Below are positions 1-9,533 of a stretch of DNA of 39,724 nt, piece after piece. Below the pieces are notes generated by a model. It ran no database searches, was not told where the DNA came from, and saw nothing but the letters and a program-made list of their open reading frames with translations. The translations under genes and the position numbers were made by a program. The DNA is from Trichomonas gallinae (lineage: Eukaryota), in contig MRSU01008478.1 in assembly GCA_008369845.1 (NCBI GenBank), positions 1-39,724 of the forward strand, read 5' to 3'. Position 1 is the stretch's first letter; every line of letters starts with the position of its first letter.

Positions 1-616
1 TATATAATATGGTGTATGTACATATAGTATATAGACAAAGTTTGGAGCAAAAATACCAAAAAAACCTGGTTTCTACACCTTGCAGAATCGAAAAATCCGA
101 ATATCATATATATTTTCACACGAAAACATCTGCATGAACGCGCACCCATAAAAAATAAGTTAATTGACCAATTATCATAATTCAATTTTTTGTTAAGAAA
201 ACGATAAAAATGCTTTCAAAAAATAATCAAATGAAATAGACAGCAATAGATATTATAAGTGATTCATGCTAAATTTTCCGCCCATAAAATAATCACAAAT
301 TTTAGAAACTAAAAATATAAATCTATATTTCTTGAAAACATTGATTGATATAAATAGATTTGTAAACTATTTAAATTTTTCTGAAGAATTGTAGGGGTTA
401 TTTGTAAACTATTCAAAATGTATTTTCAAATTTCAACATACTATCACATCAATATATTATTTTTACCCAAAATATTCCAATGAACGATTATTTTCAATTC
501 AAAATTGGAAATTTCAGAAATGAAACGAATCTTATTATAGATAATTTGACTTTTTAAACATTATTAAAATTAAATTTTTAACCTTAAACAATCATCGCAA
601 TATTTTGCTAAGATCT

Positions 617-2149
617 ATGGATAGTGATGTGCATCAATCACTCATTAACATGACTGAGCTCATATGGAGTGCTGACCCTAGTTCTATACCTGAAATCCTT
701 CAGCTCGCAAAATTTTGCAATGAAAATTGCAAGCTATCTTTTTTATACATTTTAGGCATGATTGACATGATTTCTTATCGAATGAAAAAGCAACTACGAT
801 TCTTTCACGCACTTTGCATCGAATTTATCAAAAGATTATCGATAATTTTTCCTCCACAGTTCTATTTTTCGAATCAGGCTCTTCAGGCAGCCCTAACAGT
901 TACAGGTCAATACATCGCAGAGATGCCAATCGAATATAAACATATGACAATAGAAGAAATTTTCGAAATATTCCCCAGATGTTCAGTAGATCACAGCATT
1001 TTATGGGACAAAGAATTTGATTTAAGCCAATTCTCTGCAAACTTTAGAGTAAAAAGTGGGAAGAAATTAATCGATTTAGCAGCTCATTATGGCTCATCTC
1101 GATGCTTCAAAATACTACTCTTGAACAAAGCGAAAATAACACAGCAAACACTGGAAAATTCGTTCATTGGTGATAATCAAGAAATAATTGATTTATGTTT
1201 AGAGAAGATTCCACTTACGCAGTCATGCATTGATTACGCTATTAGATCCCACCACAACGAAACTGCCGAGATATTAATGCAAAAATTCGGATTAGATTAT
1301 TCATGGGGCGCAGCATTAGCTTTTTCGAACTTCAAAATGTTCTACAAGAAGTTAGAAAGGACAGAAAACATCAATTTGATTGACGAACGAAGAGAAACAG
1401 CTCTCGTTGCTGCGTCTCGAAGCGGATTGTATGTAATTGTAGAGTTATTATTAAAGAAAGGAGCAATAACAAATATAGGAGACTATAGGCTTCAAAATGC
1501 AATAATGTATGCAGCTGAACACAATCATTTCGAAATTGTGAAATTATTATTGCAATATAATAATGATATAAATACGCTTGATCGTATCAACTGGCATCCA
1601 ATATCATATTCTTGTTTACAAAACTGCGATCAAATAACTAAATTATTTATTGAATGGAATTCAAATCTTGAAGTTCAAGACGCATACGGAAAGGCTCCAC
1701 TGCATATAGCAGCATACAATGATAGCGTAGAATCAGCATCTTTACTGTTAGAAAAAAATATTAATTTTAAAATCGTTGATAATACATCATGGACTGCTTT
1801 CTTCACAGTAGCTGCCAATAATTCGGTTAATATTGCTAAAGCGTTGATCAGCAGAGGCCAAGACATTGAACAGCGTGATAAATGGGGCAATACTCCATTA
1901 ATGGTTGCTTGCGTTAAAGGCAGCATTGATACAGTTAATCTATTGCTTGAGAACAATGCAAATATTAATGCTCAGAACAATACTGGAAGGACTGCTCTGA
2001 TGCTCACAGTTGATAACAACCTGAAGAATGTTGTTGATTTGCTGCTGAAAAGAGGAGCAGATAAATCGATCAAGGATAATGATGGATGGACAGCTTTAGA
2101 TTATGCAAAAGATAACCATTTTACTGATTTGGAAAAGTTATTAGCTTAG
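617..2149 (+). CDS. Ankyrin-repeat protein with a DUF3447-like N-terminal/middle region (trichomonad expanded family)
   Basis: Repeated ankyrin motifs in the C-terminal half (ETALVAAS, GKAPLHIAA, GNTPLMVAC, GRTALMLTV, GWTALDYA). The segment LAAHYGSSRCFKILL...AIRSHHNETAEILM resembles DUF3447. The ORF-track start at 605 is TTG; the first ATG is at 617. Confidence 0.92.
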   Translation: MDSDVHQSLINMTELIWSADPSSIPEILQLAKFCNENCKLSFLYILGMIDMISYRMKKQLRFFHALCIEFIKRLSIIFPPQFYFSNQALQAALTVTGQYIAEMPIEYKHMTIEEIFEIFPRCSVDHSILWDKEFDLSQFSANFRVKSGKKLIDLAAHYGSSRCFKILLLNKAKITQQTLENSFIGDNQEIIDLCLEKIPLTQSCIDYAIRSHHNETAEILMQKFGLDYSWGAALAFSNFKMFYKKLERTENINLIDERRETALVAASRSGLYVIVELLLKKGAITNIGDYRLQNAIMYAAEHNHFEIVKLLLQYNNDINTLDRINWHPISYSCLQNCDQITKLFIEWNSNLEVQDAYGKAPLHIAAYNDSVESASLLLEKNINFKIVDNTSWTAFFTVAANNSVNIAKALISRGQDIEQRDKWGNTPLMVACVKGSIDTVNLLLENNANINAQNNTGRTALMLTVDNNLKNVVDLLLKRGADKSIKDNDGWTALDYAKDNHFTDLEKLLA

Positions 2150-2849
2150 TTTTTTTATTATTATTTTTGTTTTTATGCGAATTAAACTCATTCTATCTTT
2201 GAGGCTGCACTATATTGATGTTTAAAAGTGCATGAAAAATCATCAGCAAATCATCAATATGGCAAAATGATCTCGTGCTAATTTTATTTTCGAATCAGCA
2301 CATTTTGTTGGAACTTGGCACGAACAAAAGTTTTGCATAGTATCTGCATGAAGGTCTTTACACAAACGTAATATATAAATATGAACAACATTATTATTGA
2401 ATTCAAAAATAATGAGAGAAAAAAATGAATGTTTATTGATTTTGGCGATGAACTTAATTTTGAAGACAAAGGGAATGTCATTTGCATACAGTTTGCGCAT
2501 AAAAGAGCTGTAGACTTATTTCTGACATTTGACAAAATCTGACAATTATTACTTTACAAATTAGTAAAAATTTGACTACGACTGGAAAATTTTTAGTTGG
2601 ATATTTTTCCCCTTTCAAATTTTTCTGAGCTATTCTCGACATTGAATATTTATATTCTATTACCAGAAAATAATGATATATCAAAAATTTCACCAAAAAA
2701 ATTCCATATTTTCCACCGTTAATCAAAATTAAGCTACTTCTTTAATAAAAATAGCTATAAATATAAGTAATGAGTTATATTATAACAAAATAAATCCAAA
2801 ATTTTTGCTAAAATTTTTCGAAAAATAAAAAAAGTGCGGCAGAATTATT

Positions 2850-3941
2850 ATGATTAAGCGTCCTTTAACTCTTGATCCTGTTCCACGCAAGCGTGGCTGT
2901 CAGGAAAACACTGATGGTGACTTGATTATTCACGCAAATGATGTAATTTCGCCACAAAAAGGCGTCGCGTATAAGTTTTTGGAATTATTAGGAAAAGGTG
3001 TTTTTGGATGTGTATATGAAGCTGTTGAAGTTTATACAGGCCAACCGTGTGCAATTAAGGTATCATCTGATGCCAGACAGTCTATCGATTCTTCTTACAG
3101 AGAAATTAATATTTTCAGATGGATTAATCGCGAAAAGGGTTGTCCATCACAGTATTCAGCAAGATATATTGACTCATTTGAGATTGGAAAGCATCAGTTT
3201 ATCGTAATAGAAAAATTAAATTCTTCAGTTTTGCAAATTATCGAAGCAAATAGATACTATGGTCTTCCTCTCCCACAAATTCAAAAAGTTTTACAGCATT
3301 TATCCGTTTTTCTTCGTTTCATGCACAATAACAAAGTTATTCACGCAGATTTAAAGCCAGAGAACATTATGCTCGGATTCGATAATTGCTACAAGGTCAT
3401 CGATTTTGGTGGCGCTCTTATTTCTGATGAATACGAACGCGCGATTTCATATATCCAGTCTCGTTTCTACAGAGCACCAGAAGTTATTTTGAACCTCACC
3501 TTGACACCAAAGATCGATATTTGGTCATTAGGATGCATTATTTGCGAACTTGCTGTTGGTCTTCCAATTTTAGCCGGTGACAATGAATTGGCGATGTTAC
3601 AGTTGATGCAGATCAGAGTTGGCGAAATTCCAAAGTGGATGAAGAATTCTTCAAGCGTTTACAGCAATTTCTTCGATTCATCAGGAAATTTAGTCCAAAC
3701 ACAGCCTGTTAAGGATCTTTGTAATTTTCCTTTGCATCCCATCTCATCCATCATTATTTCCTATCCTCACTATGCTGACAATGCAAAGGCTGAAGTAGAA
3801 ATCGAAGAAAGGAAATTATTAATTGATTTATTAAAGGGAATGTTATGTATTGATCCAAAGAAGCGCTTCACTATCGATGATGTATGCAACCACCCATTCC
3901 TTCACGCTACTTTCTACAACAGCAATTTATTTTGCTATTAA
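2850..3941 (+). CDS. CMGC protein kinase, DYRK/Yak1-like
   Basis: LGKGVFGCV glycine loop, CAIKV lysine, HADLKPEN, IDFG, and the DYRK-type activation segment SYIQSRFYRAPE. N-terminal DLIIHANDVI resembles the Yak1 pre-kinase box. Confidence 0.93.
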   Translation: MIKRPLTLDPVPRKRGCQENTDGDLIIHANDVISPQKGVAYKFLELLGKGVFGCVYEAVEVYTGQPCAIKVSSDARQSIDSSYREINIFRWINREKGCPSQYSARYIDSFEIGKHQFIVIEKLNSSVLQIIEANRYYGLPLPQIQKVLQHLSVFLRFMHNNKVIHADLKPENIMLGFDNCYKVIDFGGALISDEYERAISYIQSRFYRAPEVILNLTLTPKIDIWSLGCIICELAVGLPILAGDNELAMLQLMQIRVGEIPKWMKNSSSVYSNFFDSSGNLVQTQPVKDLCNFPLHPISSIIISYPHYADNAKAEVEIEERKLLIDLLKGMLCIDPKKRFTIDDVCNHPFLHATFYNSNLFCY

Positions 3942-5887
3942 TTAGGATAATCAAAATATTATTCAATTTAACACTGAAATCTGTAATCAGCACGATTAGA
4001 TGAACTTAAACTCATAGAACAAAGAGTTAATGATCAAGATTGTTGATTTCAGATTATATTTTGATGTTTCAAAGGATTTGATTAATGAATATTATTATAG
4101 ACCGTATATTATGACGCATTACACGTGTAGTCATTGATTATATTATGTTTTTTATAAATTTATTAAAACTTTCTTGTTTGTGAAACCTGGAGTATTTATT
4201 TTAAGATAAGGAAGGTGAGAAACAAAAATAGAGAAAGTTTAGAAAATTTGATATTTTTTGAAAACTCTCCAAAATTGATTAAAAATGTATAAATAGTTAA
4301 TTTGTCATATGCTATATATGAATATGATGTGAAAATCAAATATGATGGGTACTCAAAACTAATCAATGTGTTTTAATAGCAAATAATATCCATATCTAAG
4401 CTATATAACTAAAGCAAATAATCATTAATCTGTGAATCAGTTTAATCAATCAAAATCGCAAAATCAGTTCAAAAATATTCGTTAATAACACTTTTCAGAT
4501 TTCACTTCTCACCTATAACCCAAAAGTAAACATATTATTGGTGGAGAGTTGCTCTATCCTTAGAAAAATCGATTTATCACAAATGTAACTCCATTAATAT
4601 AATAAATACCGTAATCTTAACTAAGGAATATTAATATATCCGTAGAGATGATCGCTAATAAGCTGACCAAATATTATGATTTTGATCTAATTATATTTTT
4701 TATAAACAAACAGAATTATTTTGTGAATGTTTCAAAATTACGCTATTTTAAAATCATTATTAATAGGCAACGTAGGTGATGTTTATAAAAGAAAAACTAA
4801 TTGTCTATTCAAAACTTCAAATTTCATTTTTGAACATGTTTCCCTAGCTTTTAGATGGTATAGATAAGGAAAACTTGATCAAAAAGGACTGATATAAAAT
4901 TTGCGCGTACGCAATCAAAAAACTGAAAAATTTGTTAACCTTTCAATTATTGTATGAATTTTGGACGATAAAAATATATGGTCATACAATTTTTTATCTA
5001 CTTTTTCTGTGAAAATAAGCCTTTTTTTGTTCATTCTAAAGCACAAAATACAAAGTGCTTAACACAATATCCGAGTTCCTCACGATTTATAACATAGTAA
5101 GCTATCATTTTTATCAAAATATTTTTACATTTTAATTTATCTTAAAAAATGGACAAAAATATCAATGCATCATGAACAATACATCCAAAAATACATTAAT
5201 TCAGCATTAAATACAAAAAATCAAAAATTATCGAACAAAATAATTTTATCAAAAAAATAAAATCAAAATATGATCACTTTTGTGAATATAAATCATTGTA
5301 TGATCATATTCAATCAATTTTCAATTTATGATTTCGCAAACAATTTTTTTTTCAAAAATTCAACAAAAATTTCCAAATATGATCATATGGATCAATATAT
5401 CATATATTTCGATTCCAAAATTCAATCAAACATCCGAAACAATTTCTCAAATTTAAATATTTTTAGGATGAAATCTTATATGGGAATATTACTTATGAAT
5501 AATTCAGGGATGATTATTCATATGATGAGATTGTTAAACCAAAAATATTCCTTTTAAAGTACATCTACCTTCTTTAAACAGTCTAAAAATATCAATTCAT
5601 TGATATCGATATTATATCAGATATCAATCAATGCCTCCGAACAGAGCTGTTTGGATTCAAACAACAGCCCTATCAGTAAAGTATTTTGTCGTTAAACGAA
5701 TCTTTCACGAAAATCTAATTTTTTCAAAGCTAAAAATCGTTTATAAAGCGAAAATAGCCATGGAAACAAAATAAAAAACAAGGAAAAATAAAAACAAAAA
5801 AATTGTCAGAACGCTTTTAACCGCTGTTTTGCATTTAAAAATTGAATTGACCTCTCCAAAATCAATTAATATATATTTTTTAAAATC

Positions 5888-6415
5888 ATGGCAGATGCAA
5901 GGAATAGTGTTGGAGTTAAGCGTCGCCGTCTTTTCGGGCCACAGGATGACAAGCGTTTGGAGCAGATTATACGCGAAGAAGTATTCAGCGGATGGAAATC
6001 TGTTGCTAAATCAATGCCTGGTTTCACGGCAAAGCAATTACGAGACCGATGGCATAATTACATATCACCTAAAAACTCTTTGGAGCCTTGGAGCCTCGAA
6101 GAAGACCGAATAATCGTACAGAAAGTTAAAGAATTTGGGACCAAATGGTCACAAATATCTTCATACCTTCAGGGTAGATCCGATAACTGCATAAAAAACA
6201 GATGGAATACAGTATTGAAGGAAGACTGCGAAAATAACCCTTCAAAATATTTTGGGAGCTCACCGATGATTTCTGAAGAGCCGCCTGCATCGAGCTCCAC
6301 TAGTGGAGAAGACTCTTCAACGAAAGATAAAGATTCCCCGCCAATTAACCAAATTATGCTGGACGAAAGATTCATAGAGCGATTCTTTCATACTTCAAGT
6401 GGAAAATCCAAGTAA
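5888..6415 (+). CDS. R2R3 Myb-like DNA-binding protein
   Basis: Two Myb repeats (F..QDD..L...W..VA..MPG.TAKQLRDRWHNY and W..EED......V..FG.KWS.I...L.GRSDN.IKNRWN) followed by a Ser/acidic tail. Confidence 0.95.
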   Translation: MADARNSVGVKRRRLFGPQDDKRLEQIIREEVFSGWKSVAKSMPGFTAKQLRDRWHNYISPKNSLEPWSLEEDRIIVQKVKEFGTKWSQISSYLQGRSDNCIKNRWNTVLKEDCENNPSKYFGSSPMISEEPPASSSTSGEDSSTKDKDSPPINQIMLDERFIERFFHTSSGKSK

Positions 6416-7068
6416 TTACCACTATCGGAAGCTATCCGATAGCTCTATAGTATCATTATTTGATATCATAACATTTTGATTATTTTTGTTTTGTTTATTG
6501 TTTTCTGTTTTTATAAAATATGCTTGTTTGTCGTATTTATTTCCAGAAAATTAATCTCCTCAAACATAATTACGTTTTTTAAACTAAAAAATAAAATGAA
6601 CTCAATAATTCTTAAGTATTTCATCATTTGTTCAATGAATATTATATTATTACAAAGAATTTGAATGAATGACCATATCCTTCTCATTGCATAATACAAA
6701 AACCAAAATATCGAAATACTTACTCTTTTTTCTTAAATAAAGGAAACATTTACTGATTACTTTAACTCATATTTTCTTGTATAATACATTGATGCTATAA
6801 ATATATAAATATAGCCTTTATTTAATGATTTTTGAACAAGTTCTTGATGCTATATAAATAATCATTCAATGAATCCTTAATATTCTCAAGTTAATACTGC
6901 TATGTGGTGTTTCCAATATATCAGATAAGCATAAAAAGAAGTTTTTGATAAGGAAAAATATTGATTAACGAAATGAAAGCTTTAATAACAAACATTAATA
7001 TCAAGTGAAGTTTCAGTGTCTAATATCAATTCAAGATTGATGTTGATCAAGATTCAAATTTGTTCAAA

Positions 7069-8355
7069 TCAGATTAATGCAAATTCTTGCTTTGGTTGTG
7101 TTGTTTCTTTCTTTTTCTTAGCAACTTCGGCAGCTTTTTTATTCAATATTTTGAGAATCGGGTTTCGAATTATATTAATATTCACAGGATCACTAAATAG
7201 TTGCTTGAAAACGCCTTCATAGTTAACACCAACAGGAATATACTGCAATAGTCTCATTCTTTCCTCTGGTTGATGTAAAACAAAGTTAATAAGCCATTCA
7301 GAGAAAAGATCATCATTAGTGATGTGCAAATATGGTGAATTAAGCATTACTGCGATAAAATCGATAGGAAGTTCATAAATAGCGTTCTGAATTCTGATAT
7401 TTTGAAAGTTTTGTGCAAGAAATCTAACTTGTGGACCATTGAAAATATTAATTGCTAATAATTTTTTTGCTAAGTCCAAAGCAAGATCAAGACTAAGCTG
7501 TGAAAAGACGATTTCTTCAGTTGCTTTGATTAAAAATTCGATTCCAAGGTCGGCTGCCATCATAAATATGAAAAATGCATTTTCTGTAGTGACTTTAATG
7601 TTTTGCCCATTCAATGCATTCGCAATTATCATAAAATCGCCTTCTTCTTGCAATCTTGTTTCAACGCGCGAAAGTGATGCATTTGATAGCAGTAAATGAC
7701 ATATATGCGATGAATATGTGTAAGCAAGAAATCTGTTGACAAGATAAGGGGTATTTTTATGAACTATCTCTAAATCAAAAAATCGTTTGCATTTAGTGTT
7801 CTGAACTAATACAGACTGCTCTGGCTTATAGTTAATCATTCTAAATCCCGAGCCGGCGTAAGATAAATCAATTAATTCTGGAGCAATGACTGTAATTGAT
7901 GAGTCATTATCGTATCCCAAAGCAACATCTCTTGTTTTAACATCAGGAAATTGAACAATTGCCAAACCAAATTTTGTGAAATCATTTTTATTTACGAAAT
8001 TTATATCTGTTGGCTTGATATCATCGAAGTGGTCTGTTAAATATTTTCGATCGACTTTATCATTGCTGAAAAATACGAAAACACTTGTTTTGAAATTCGG
8101 TTTTGGTTTTTGATGACTTACATAGATAATATTGCCTTTGAAAAGCAGTTGTGAAGTAGAAGCAACGCAACTTTTGTATGCTTCATCAGTTAAAAATTGA
8201 ACTAAAGCATATCCCACTGGATAATTTTGATTATGGAAGTTTTGAGCAAAAATTTTAATGTAATTGATTTCTCCAAACCGACAGAAAATCTTGTACAGGT
8301 CTTCTTCAGTCCATTCCCGTGGAACATTTTGGAGAAAAACAATTCGAGATTCCAT
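7069..8355 (-). CDS. RRM-containing protein with a C-terminal BTB/POZ- and BACK-like region
   Basis: RNP2-like IVFLQNV, helix TEEDLYKIFCRFGEI, RNP1-like GYALVQF, and a second degenerate RRM (VFVFF...FGLAIVQF). Then FDLEIVHKNTPYLVNRFLAYTYSSHI...IKVTTENAFFIFMMAADLGIEFL (BTB-like) and LPIDFIAVMLNSPYLHITNDD (BACK-like). Confidence 0.8.
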   Translation of the reverse strand: MESRIVFLQNVPREWTEEDLYKIFCRFGEINYIKIFAQNFHNQNYPVGYALVQFLTDEAYKSCVASTSQLLFKGNIIYVSHQKPKPNFKTSVFVFFSNDKVDRKYLTDHFDDIKPTDINFVNKNDFTKFGLAIVQFPDVKTRDVALGYDNDSSITVIAPELIDLSYAGSGFRMINYKPEQSVLVQNTKCKRFFDLEIVHKNTPYLVNRFLAYTYSSHICHLLLSNASLSRVETRLQEEGDFMIIANALNGQNIKVTTENAFFIFMMAADLGIEFLIKATEEIVFSQLSLDLALDLAKKLLAINIFNGPQVRFLAQNFQNIRIQNAIYELPIDFIAVMLNSPYLHITNDDLFSEWLINFVLHQPEERMRLLQYIPVGVNYEGVFKQLFSDPVNINIIRNPILKILNKKAAEVAKKKKETTQPKQEFALI

Positions 8356-8435
8356 TCTAATTTCGAACAGAGTATTTCAATTTATTTGCCAAATAAAACA
8401 AATATTTGCCACGTAAAGTCAAAATTTTATTTTTT

Positions 8436-9433
8436 TCAATCACTCATGAAGATAGTAGGCAGTATGAGTGAGCTAGATTTCAAGACATTGAGAAATTCAT
8501 ATTGATTCATTCTAATGTCTGAGCAGTGAATGAATTTCTTGGAGAGGAACGTGATTCTTGCAGCACCATGGCCAATATGACCAATAGTGTATGTGTCAGA
8601 ATCAGGTGATGGAATCATTTGATCTCCAGCCAAAGTATTTCCTTCGGCAACAGATTCAGCCCACCACGAGCTTCCTCCCCCACCAGGCGCAGCCCATATC
8701 CAGCCTGCTGCACCTCCATAGTGTCCAGCACCTCCTCCTGCAGCGATGTCTGAATTATCATCAACATTGCCGCCTAAATTTAAATTTCCATTAGCGGAAG
8801 ATCGATACTGATTTGTTCCTGGTGAACTTTGTGTACCACCGCTTCCTCCTTTTAGTGGAACTTTTCTATATGAATCATATGCATCTTGTCCATATTGTCC
8901 TTCTAGACCTCCTGCATTTCCACCTTTCGCTGAATGGGAGTGATAGTTTGTATTGGAGGACGAAGTGTAGGAGGCAGCCCCTCCTCCGCCCCCTGCTTTA
9001 AGAATTGAATGAACAATTGAATTATCGCCTATCGTTACCCAACTCATTCCTCCGCCTGACGAACCACCTGATAGCTGGATTTCATGTTCATTTCCCCTGC
9101 CGCCAAATCCAAATGAATTCCTCGTGAAGCGTGAACTAATTGTTCCTTCAAATCCTTTTTCTCCTAAGTAAAAGTATAGTTTAGTAGCGTTTTTTACTGA
9201 AATTATACCTTTGACATAGCCACCATGGCCACCTTCAATGCCTTGATGGTCACCGCCCGAAGCGCCCCAAAGTTCGATTAAGTAATATCCTTCCTCTGTA
9301 GTATATTCATGTGCAGGACAGCTAGGAGGATTATCATGGGGTCCAGTGATAGCACAATTAAACTTGAATGTTGTTTGTTTCTTGCTATTTTATCAAATAT
9401 GATATTTTTGACAAATAAAATTATTTATGACAT
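8436..9433 (-). pseudogene. Glycine-rich protein (ALK/LTK Gly-rich-domain-like; often annotated PE-PGRS/loricrin-like in trichomonads) with a disrupted 5' end
   Basis: The frame of ORF 8436..9047 stays open for 114 more codons up to 9389 and encodes family motifs (GYYLIELWGASGG, GGHGGYVKGII, LYFYLGEKG) with no in-frame ATG. In a different frame upstream, ATG at 9433 reads M-S-stop-IILFVKNIIFDK, implying a nonsense codon plus a frameshift. Confidence 0.65.
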
Positions 9434-9533
9434 GTAATTTGTCAAATTAATTATTGAACATAATTACTTAGGACTAAATCAATCGTGAATTAATATTAAA
9501 CGCTTTATAAAAACAATAAATAATAATAAGTAA

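Noticed and set aside
358..413. 14-bp direct repeat ATTTGTAAACTATT (358-371 and 400-413)
   Set aside because: Only two AT-rich copies. It is not an array and has no CRISPR-like or TSD context.
2243..2726. Three short minus-strand ORFs, and a plus-strand fragment NNIIIEF...*MFIDFG resembling a kinase DFG region
   Set aside because: The ORFs have low-complexity AT-driven composition. The kinase-like words are short, interrupted by stops and lack HxD or APE, so they are insufficient without a search.
5270..5557. 95-aa ORF upstream of the Myb gene
   Set aside because: N/I/F/K-rich translation typical of AT-rich intergenic DNA, with no motif.
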